Source of the DNA: an uncultured delta proteobacterium
GTDB taxonomy: Bacteria > Desulfobacterota > Desulfobacteria > Desulfobacterales > SG8-13
NCBI GenBank assembly: GCA_963848135.1
Contig: CAWKCK010000018.1
Coordinates: 324,938 to 388,937 of the forward strand
Length of the DNA stretch: 64,000 bases
Direction: 5' to 3'
The notes beneath the pieces are model-generated. The model did not search any database and was not told where the DNA came from. It was given only the letters and a program-made list of their open reading frames with translations. This document shows, one piece after another, positions 56,716 to 64,000 of the stretch; position 1 is the stretch's first letter; every line of letters begins with the position of its first letter. The position numbers and the translations under genes are program-made.

Positions 56716-59700
56716 GTGAACAGTGTCGACGAGCAAAATCACCAAAGCACCACTCGCATAGATGAATTTGATCTGTCCTTCAAGATCTTTCATGAGCTGA
56801 TGGCCAAAAAAGTCGGCAATATTCTCTTGGTGTCGACGCCGTATGATGCGTTTATCATGGAAGAAGAAGGCCGTTTGGCAGAGCGTATCATTCATGAATA
56901 CCGCGGGCTGAATCTATCGAGGCCGCCACATTTGACCTGGGTGTCGACAGCACGTGAAGCCATCACGACCCTGTCGCGAAAAAAATTCGATCTGGTCCTT
57001 ACCATGCCCCGTCTCGACGACATGGACGCCTTCGGGCTTAGCCGTCACATCAAGGAAATCTATCCCGCCCTGCCGGTTTTTCTTCTGGCGCATCGGACCA
57101 ATCGCCAGCTTTTCGATTCAGAAACTCGTCTCAATCGCTCCATCGACAAGATTTTTATCTGGACCGGGAACACCGATCTACTGTTGGCGTTGATCAAAAA
57201 TGTCGAAGATCGCATGAACATTGAACACGACACTCAACGGGCCAAAGTCAGAGTCCTGATTATGGTGGAGGACTCCCCTCTCTACTATTCATCCATTTTA
57301 CCGCTGCTCTACAAGGAGATCGTACTGCAGACCCAGGCGGTCATGGAGGATTCACTGAACGACGAGCATCGAATTTTGCGCATGCGGGCCCGTCCGAAAA
57401 TTCTGCTGGCAGAAAATTTTGAAGAAGCCGAGGATCTTTACCGCCGGTTTCGGCCATATCTTCTCTCAATATTCTCGGACGTTCGCTTCCCTCGCAACGG
57501 GGTCATTGACGACGAAGCCGGTTTTTCTTTATTGAAAATGATTAGAAATGAAACAGCGGATATCCCACTTCTAATGCTCAGTTCCGAGGAAAAAAATCGC
57601 CTCAAAGCCGGTACGATTCCCGCGGTCTTTTTGAACAAAAATGCACCCAATCTGCATGAAGAAATCCGCTCGTTCTTTAAGAAACATCTCGGTTTCGGAG
57701 ATTTTATTTTTCGGTTGCCCAATGGCGCGGAAGTCGGCCGGGCCTCAAGCCTAAGGGAGATGCAGAAAATTATTCCTTCCATACCGGACGAATCGATATT
57801 CTACCATGCCGCTCACAATCACTTCTCCAGCTGGTTGATGGCACGCTCTGAAATTATGCTGGCCAGCAAGCTCAAACCGATTAAACCAACGGTGTTTGGT
57901 TCGGTCGCTGAATTAAAAAAATACCTGGTGCACTGCATCGAAGAACGGCGGAAGGGGCGCCAGAAAGGCATCATTGCCCAATTCGATCCCGACCATTACG
58001 ATCCCGATGCCGAATTCGTCAAAATTGGCCAAGGATCCCTGGGCGGCAAAGCCCGTGGTCTGGCCTTCATATCGATCCAATTAAAGGAAAACCACGATTT
58101 TAATGCCCGGTTCGAAGACATCGACATTCACATCCCCCAATCACTGGTTATATCCACCGAAGCCTTCGACGAATTCATCGCGGAGAACAATCTCAAGGAA
58201 ATTCCCATGGGCGATCTCAGCGATGCCCAAATTTCGGAAAAATTTCTCAACGCCCGAATGCCTGAGGGTTTGCAGCGCCATTTGAAACTGGCCCTTGCCA
58301 ACCTCAGATACCCCCTGGCGGTGCGGTCCTCGAGTCTGCTGGAAGACGCCCAGTTTCAGCCTTTTGCCGGCATATACCGCACCTACATGCTCCCCAACCA
58401 GCATCCAGATATCAACCTGCGGTTGAAACGTCTCGTTCAAGCCATCAAGATGGTGTACGCCTCAACCTTCATGGAAGCGCCGCGTGCCTATGCCAGGAGC
58501 ACGATGCACCGCACCGAAGACGAAAAAATGGCGGTTATCATTCAACAGTTGACCGGCGATTTTTATGACAACACATTCTATCCGGCCATTTCAGGCGTGG
58601 CGCAGTCCTATAACTTCTACCCTATCAATCACATGAAACCTGAAGAAGGCATCGCCCACATCGCTCTGGGACTCGGGAAAATGGTTGTCGAAGGCGGAAC
58701 CTCCCTTCGGTTTTCACCCCGTTACCCCCAACTGATGCCGCAGTTCTCAACTGTCGATGATATTCTCCGCAATTCTCAACGGTACTTCTATGCCTTGAAC
58801 ACCAAACATTTCCCGGAAAATTTCAGTACTCCAGAGAATTTCGCTGACGATGTAACCCTGGTGAAAATCGACATAGATGCCGCCATTGAGCATCCTGTCG
58901 TTCGCCAAATGTGCAGCACATATAATCCGCAAGAACACCGCATCCGGGATGTCTTCAGCCCCCAGGGTCACCCGGTACTAACCTTTGCCAGTATCCTGAA
59001 GTATCAATCGTTTCCATTGGCGGAAATACTGAACGATATACTGGAAATCGGGCGACAGGGGATGGGCAGTCCTATCGAAATAGAGTTTTCCGTCAACCTG
59101 CCACTCAGCGGACAAGGTAAAAAAGAATTCGCACTGTTGCAAATTCGACCGATGGCGGTCAGCCGGAATGATCGCGTAATCGACATCACCACCGAAGACA
59201 TCAGCCGGGCTTTCTGCTATTCGACCATGGCATTGGGAAACGGCCGATTCCGCGATATCAGCGACATAATCTTTGTACGGCCCGAATCGTTCGAACCGAA
59301 GGACACCGTCGAGATTGCCAGGGAGATCGATGGGCTCAACCGACAACTGGTTGCAGAAAACCGCAAATATCTTCTCATCGGACCGGGCCGCTGGGGATCG
59401 GCCGACCGCTGGCTGGGAATACCGGTAACCTGGAGCGACATTTCAGGGGTCGGTGCGGTTGTGGAAACGTCTGTAGAAAAGTTGAAAGCCGATCCTTCCC
59501 AGGGGTCTCACTTTTTCCACAACATTACTTCTCTGGGAATCAGTTATCTCACCGTTGTTGACAACAGGGACAATTTTATCGACTGGCACTGGCTCGGAAG
59601 CCTTCAACCCAATAGCGTCACGCCACATGTAACCCATGCCCGTCTCGATCGACCGCTAACAATTAAAATCGACGGTAAGACCTCGCATGCCGTTTTATTG

Positions 59701-59733
59701 CATCAGACACCACCGGAGGACGCTGAATCTTAA
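56716..59733 (+). CDS. Receiver-domain-fused PEP synthase/PPDK nucleotide-binding-domain protein
   Basis: Two REC-like regions, then GSLGGKARGL, LAVRSSSLLED, FAGIY, EIEF, LLQIRP, GPGRWGS, SQGSHFFHN. Confidence 0.85.
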   Translation: MNSVDEQNHQSTTRIDEFDLSFKIFHELMAKKVGNILLVSTPYDAFIMEEEGRLAERIIHEYRGLNLSRPPHLTWVSTAREAITTLSRKKFDLVLTMPRLDDMDAFGLSRHIKEIYPALPVFLLAHRTNRQLFDSETRLNRSIDKIFIWTGNTDLLLALIKNVEDRMNIEHDTQRAKVRVLIMVEDSPLYYSSILPLLYKEIVLQTQAVMEDSLNDEHRILRMRARPKILLAENFEEAEDLYRRFRPYLLSIFSDVRFPRNGVIDDEAGFSLLKMIRNETADIPLLMLSSEEKNRLKAGTIPAVFLNKNAPNLHEEIRSFFKKHLGFGDFIFRLPNGAEVGRASSLREMQKIIPSIPDESIFYHAAHNHFSSWLMARSEIMLASKLKPIKPTVFGSVAELKKYLVHCIEERRKGRQKGIIAQFDPDHYDPDAEFVKIGQGSLGGKARGLAFISIQLKENHDFNARFEDIDIHIPQSLVISTEAFDEFIAENNLKEIPMGDLSDAQISEKFLNARMPEGLQRHLKLALANLRYPLAVRSSSLLEDAQFQPFAGIYRTYMLPNQHPDINLRLKRLVQAIKMVYASTFMEAPRAYARSTMHRTEDEKMAVIIQQLTGDFYDNTFYPAISGVAQSYNFYPINHMKPEEGIAHIALGLGKMVVEGGTSLRFSPRYPQLMPQFSTVDDILRNSQRYFYALNTKHFPENFSTPENFADDVTLVKIDIDAAIEHPVVRQMCSTYNPQEHRIRDVFSPQGHPVLTFASILKYQSFPLAEILNDILEIGRQGMGSPIEIEFSVNLPLSGQGKKEFALLQIRPMAVSRNDRVIDITTEDISRAFCYSTMALGNGRFRDISDIIFVRPESFEPKDTVEIAREIDGLNRQLVAENRKYLLIGPGRWGSADRWLGIPVTWSDISGVGAVVETSVEKLKADPSQGSHFFHNITSLGISYLTVVDNRDNFIDWHWLGSLQPNSVTPHVTHARLDRPLTIKIDGKTSHAVLLHQTPPEDAES

Positions 59734-59796
59734 TCCGGCATCGCCCAACTCAGCCGCGATGCGGCCCATGAGTAAAGAATCAACTTTCAATGGATG

Positions 59797-62328
59797 CTAG
59801 CTCAGGCCCTCAAGGCACTGCTCGATTTTACGCACGAGCTTTCCGGCAGATTTGAGACGTTTCTCAGGCTCTTTGATGAGAAGTTTTTTGACAATTTGAC
59901 TGCAGCACACCGGGACGTCCGGCAGGACTTTTTTCACCGGTGGGTATGTGGTATGGGCAATATTGTACATCAGGTGAGCCACGTTATCGCCTCTGAACGG
60001 TCTTTCTCCGGTAAGCAATTCATATAGAACCACGCCCAGAGAAAACAGGTCCGAGCGTCCATCTACGTGCAGGCCTTCTACCTGTTCGGGCGACATATAG
60101 TTGGGCGTGCCGAGAATGATGCCGGTTTGTGTTTGAGAAGCACTCACGACCCGCGCGATACCAAAATCAGCCACTTTCACCTGATTGCCATCGACCAGGA
60201 TAATATTGTCCGGTTTTATGTCCCGGTGGACGACACCGTGGGTATGGGCATAATCGAGTGCTTCGGCTACGGTAGCGACAAATCCGAGTGCTTTGGCTAC
60301 CGGCAGAAGATTGCTCTTTTGACAATATTCCGACAATACACGGCCCTGGATCAACTCCATGGCCATATAGGCCATATCGTGCTCTTCTCCAACATCGTAA
60401 ATCGTCACAATATTCGGGTGAGAAAGTCTTCCGGCGGCCTCGGCCTCACGCAGGAAACGGTCTTTGATCTCATCCAGCTTGCCTTCGTCCACGTTTGCGT
60501 AGCTCAGGGTTTTGATTGCCACCTCACGATTTATCTTGGGGTCCCGCCCAAGATACACCGTTCCCATGGCCCCTTGTCCGAGTTCCTTGATAATCTCATA
60601 GCGGCCGAGTGTCGGGCGAGTGGTGGCTTCGTCCAGATGGAGCGCCCCGTTTGGTTTTACGGCAGTCGGGTTAACCGACTCGCCCAAACTCTTCAAGGTA
60701 TCGATGCGTTGTTGAATATCTCTGAAACGACCGGCTTTCTGCATATGGTAATACACCGCCAGCGCCTTATTGAACATCCGTTTGCGTTCGAAATCCTGCC
60801 CCAGGCTGTAAAGCAGATCGCGCACTGATCCGTTTTCCACCGGGCATTTGCGGAATTTTTCAAATGCCATATCCAACATGCCCTTACCTTGAAATGAAAG
60901 CCCAAGCATCTTGTTCAGCTCGATACTCTCCAACTGTTTTTCGATGGCAAATCGGCGAAAACCAGCCACGGAAAATCCAATAAGTGTAAGAATCAGCGGC
61001 GCAAAAAGTTTCAGCCAGTATCCGAACGCCATGAAAAGAACGCCTGCGAAACACACCCAAGTCACCAGAAAAATGCTTAGGATCAGAGCACCATCGCGTG
61101 GCTTTACACGCGGGATGACAAAAACCAGGAAGAGACCGAAGTAAACGACAACCAGTATTTCCAGCACGTTGGCCCAGACCGGGCGAGACAAATGCCGGCG
61201 GCTAATAATATTTTCTATGGCAGCGGCCGTGATGTCGATGTTGCTCAGACCATCGTAGCCGGCTGAACGATAGCGTGGCGTACGTCCCGGCAACTCTTCT
61301 CCGAGCAACACGATCTTGCCTTCGAACATATCTGCGGTTACATTCCCATTGTAGACGTCTGCGAATGAAATGCGCTGAAGGTGTCGACCGATACCCGCGC
61401 AATCGATCAACATTTGGAATGCACCGTCCGTTGGGACACTCGCGTTTTTGAACGAAATGCCGGCATCACTGCGTTGGATGTCCCTCAGGTCGGCCTTTAA
61501 GTATCGGGCAGCGACTTGGAGAGCAAAAGAAGGAAAATACCGATCCCGGTACTCGATGAACAGCGGCACCTTCCGAATGGTTCCATCACGATCGGCAGCC
61601 ACATTGATATGTCCCAGGGCACTGGCTTTTCTGGCAAGATGTTCGTATGTTGGGATGACCGAAAATACTGATATCGGTTGATCTCCTGGGCGCAGATACA
61701 ATAGAGAATCGATGGCAGAGGCTGAAACACGCCGGGGGTGAAATCTTTGATTCTCAAGTGAATGGCGAACCAACCAATCGGGTAGTGTCCCGGAGGTTAC
61801 CGACATATCAGTGGGTTCAGTGGTAAAAAGAACCGGCAGAACGGCATTGACGGAATAATTTATCGCCGAAATCAACTCTGCATCGTGATCCAACCTTTCG
61901 GCGGCATCTGAGAGGAGCTGATCCACTTTAGTACGGTTTTTTTGTTGCTTGGGGAATATTTCCGTCCGGAGCTCCGTCCGCAGATCCTGAATCTCCGACA
62001 GCGCCGGGTTGATTTCAGGTCCGGAAAAAAGGAGCTGGATCGCCATGACCCTGGGACTGAAGTCCGACAGCTGATTGACAGCTTCTGCGATTATCGATCG
62101 CGGCCAAGGCGGTGCACCAATCGCGCGCAGAGTGTCGTCATCGATCTTGACAACGACCACCGCATCCGATGCGGAGGAGCTTCGCAAACGGCAAAGAGAA
62201 TCATAGGCCTTGTGCTCGATGAACTGCAAAGGATAAAAATTCACCAACATCCCCGCTATGATTCCTGCGGTCAAGATGGTGCATATCAACCAATTAGAAA
62301 GAAGGATTTTCTTTAAGTGATATTTCAT
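59797..62328 (-). CDS. CHASE2-domain Ser/Thr protein kinase
   Basis: CHASE2 (VVVKIDD, PWPRS, DGTIRK, GKIVLLG), 3 TM, kinase LGQGAMG, HRDIKPDN, DFG, GTPNYMSPEQ. Confidence 0.93.
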   Translation of the reverse strand: MKYHLKKILLSNWLICTILTAGIIAGMLVNFYPLQFIEHKAYDSLCRLRSSSASDAVVVVKIDDDTLRAIGAPPWPRSIIAEAVNQLSDFSPRVMAIQLLFSGPEINPALSEIQDLRTELRTEIFPKQQKNRTKVDQLLSDAAERLDHDAELISAINYSVNAVLPVLFTTEPTDMSVTSGTLPDWLVRHSLENQRFHPRRVSASAIDSLLYLRPGDQPISVFSVIPTYEHLARKASALGHINVAADRDGTIRKVPLFIEYRDRYFPSFALQVAARYLKADLRDIQRSDAGISFKNASVPTDGAFQMLIDCAGIGRHLQRISFADVYNGNVTADMFEGKIVLLGEELPGRTPRYRSAGYDGLSNIDITAAAIENIISRRHLSRPVWANVLEILVVVYFGLFLVFVIPRVKPRDGALILSIFLVTWVCFAGVLFMAFGYWLKLFAPLILTLIGFSVAGFRRFAIEKQLESIELNKMLGLSFQGKGMLDMAFEKFRKCPVENGSVRDLLYSLGQDFERKRMFNKALAVYYHMQKAGRFRDIQQRIDTLKSLGESVNPTAVKPNGALHLDEATTRPTLGRYEIIKELGQGAMGTVYLGRDPKINREVAIKTLSYANVDEGKLDEIKDRFLREAEAAGRLSHPNIVTIYDVGEEHDMAYMAMELIQGRVLSEYCQKSNLLPVAKALGFVATVAEALDYAHTHGVVHRDIKPDNIILVDGNQVKVADFGIARVVSASQTQTGIILGTPNYMSPEQVEGLHVDGRSDLFSLGVVLYELLTGERPFRGDNVAHLMYNIAHTTYPPVKKVLPDVPVCCSQIVKKLLIKEPEKRLKSAGKLVRKIEQCLEGLS

Positions 62329-62601
62329 CTTGTCATAGCACCGTTATATTTCAAGATCATGACCCATAAGAAAGAAACAACCCTGATCCGCAGTGAGCCG
62401 GTTGAAACGGATTTCAGTCATCGCAGAGTGATATGTTATTGGTGTATTATATTTGTATCACTTTGTAATTCATTGCCCCAAAAAAAATGCCAGCAAATGA
62501 TTAGCCAGCAAAAACCCGGGCAATGTGCTCATTATTATACGAAACAATCGCCGTTCATGTCAAAAAAAAGCCACTGGGCGTCGCTCCGCATTTTTCACTA
62601 T

Positions 62602-62690
62602 TCGCATTCGTTCATTTACAAGGCATTCAGTGGCGCAGCTGTACTTTGGTACCGCAACCCTCTGATAACGCAGTAAATGGGCGAATGCGA
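62602..62690 (+). repeat. Long imperfect hairpin, relative of family A (family D)
   Basis: TCGCATTCGTTCATTTAC...GTAAATGGGCGAATGCGA arms; internal CAAGGC-ATTCAG...GTAC-TTTG-GTAC...CTGAT-AACGCAG. Confidence 0.7.
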
Positions 62691-63285
62691 TTGGCCCCAC
62701 GGGTGAATATTTTTTAGCCTTTTTTCAGATCGTTGGAGTACAAAATGTACACTAAAATTTAGCGGCAGGATAAGGTTTATGTCACTTGTTTTATGTTTAA
62801 TTTACAAGTTTGCTGAAAAATATCCATCGCGGGGTAGCCCCACCTGTTAATTACCAAGCTTGCATGAGAATTTTTCACCAAGGTCGAATTTGGATACCAC
62901 CATATAGTGTATAAGTATTACCTAAAGTGAGCGTTTCAAATTTTAAATGGAGCGGGAACTGCTTTATTTATAAGGAATTCTATCATCGTTTGATTATAAA
63001 ATTTGAACCCCATCGGGATGGCATTTGACGCCGTAGATGCGGCAAAATCGGCAATCCCTCAAATTAGGTATTATTGATAATCAAACGAGCGGGTCACCTT
63101 GTATCATTGCCAAACTGCATCTTTGAAGAATATTATCGACCCTTCGGACGCGTCCACTGCGTCCCTTGCATGATTCGACAGACCGATTCAGGACCGGTAG
63201 TTGACTGGAAAAACGGACCAGGGCCGAAAGCCTTTACTTCCACTCGATTTAATGGTTTCATGGGGTGAGAAATGGACCGGTGAAT

Positions 63286-63618
63286 ATGAGCAAAGAAAAT
63301 GATATCGTATTGATATATCTCGAAGATCAGCCGCTGAGCTTTGCCCGGATAGAGGAAATCCTACCGGATTCAAAACCCGATTGGTATCATGTGCGATTGT
63401 TGCTCCTGCATGTGCCTTTGCAAGTGGTCACATGGATTTTAAAAGACGTTTATATCAACGGTGACGAATTTACCATGAACGGCAAGCGGATGCGCTTGGA
63501 GGCGGTTAAGGCGCCAGAAGAAGATGATATATCGGATAATCCGAACACCGGAGATCATCTCGAAAAAGGACCCCACGAGGGTAAAGTGATTTCCTTCAAA
63601 GACTTGAAAAAAAAGTAA
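63286..63618 (+). CDS. Hypothetical protein
   Basis: 110-aa ORF with protein-like composition, ending GKVISFKDLKKK; start set at ATG 63286. Confidence 0.75.
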   Translation: MSKENDIVLIYLEDQPLSFARIEEILPDSKPDWYHVRLLLLHVPLQVVTWILKDVYINGDEFTMNGKRMRLEAVKAPEEDDISDNPNTGDHLEKGPHEGKVISFKDLKKK

Positions 63619-63644
63619 CCAAACAGCATGCGAATACATTTAAA

Positions 63645-64000
63645 ATGGTTGAAATCACGCTCAAAATCCCCCAGATCGTCCTTTCCGCCTCCAGGAGAAC
63701 AGACATTCCGGCCTTCTATTTATCGTGGTTCATGAATGGAATTGACCGGGGCTACTTTGATGTGACCAATCCATACAATCAAAAGGTTAGACGCATACCG
63801 GCCGGCCCGGACGCAGTGCATACGATCGTCTTTTGGTCCAAAGATTTCAGCCGCTTTCTGGCAGAAAATGCCGGAGAGACATTACAGCGTAGAGGATACC
63901 ACCTCTTTTTCAATTTTACCGTCAATTCCGAATCACCGTGGCTCGAACCGCACGTCCCACCGCTGGTTAACCGGTTAGATCAGTTTGATGAGCTCAGCCG
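63645..64000 (+). CDS. DUF1848 family protein (partial, runs off right edge)
   Basis: Manual translation MVEITLKIPQIVLSASRRTDIPAFY...NPYN...IVFWSK...FTVN...LEPHVP; not in the ORF track (no stop). Confidence 0.85.
   Translation, partial: MVEITLKIPQIVLSASRRTDIPAFYLSWFMNGIDRGYFDVTNPYNQKVRRIPAGPDAVHTIVFWSKDFSRFLAENAGETLQRRGYHLFFNFTVNSESPWLEPHVPPLVNRLDQFDELS

Overview
Chromosomal-looking window of about 50% GC. Gene content (CooC, many PAS hybrid kinases, sigma-54 activators, a CFI-type motif) suggests a Desulfobacterota/Desulfobacterales-like bacterium; this is an inference. The centrepiece (14739-34316) is a type IV filament cluster in MSHA-like gene order: PilM-PilN fusion, PilO-like, PilP/MshK-like, lipoprotein secretin, ExeA/MshM-like ATPase, MshEN-bearing ATPase, PilC, three paralogous pilins and minor pilins. 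It has three unusual parts: (i) a membrane-anchored one-component sigma-54 activator directly upstream of a -24/-12 pilin promoter; (ii) an embedded ECF sigma/anti-sigma pair; (iii) an apparent pilin polyprotein in which an MshO/PilW-like pilin is joined, through a CFI-box motif and a TM, to a second internal PilX/MshP-like prepilin leader and a large adhesin (split by a +1 frameshift). Also present: three sensor kinases sharing an unrecognised 2-TM input module, an RND pump, ExeA-OmpA, housekeeping genes (cooC, Ski2-like helicase, tsaC, purE, ddl, purD-like, hpt, DnaJ/CbpA, mnmG, nadE), tRNA-Leu(CAA), tRNA-Met(CAT), and dispersed long hairpin repeats (four near-identical ~158-bp copies plus divergent relatives with the same CAAG...GTAC-loop-GTAC...AC(G)CAG skeleton). 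All calls come from reading motifs by eye; no database searches were run.
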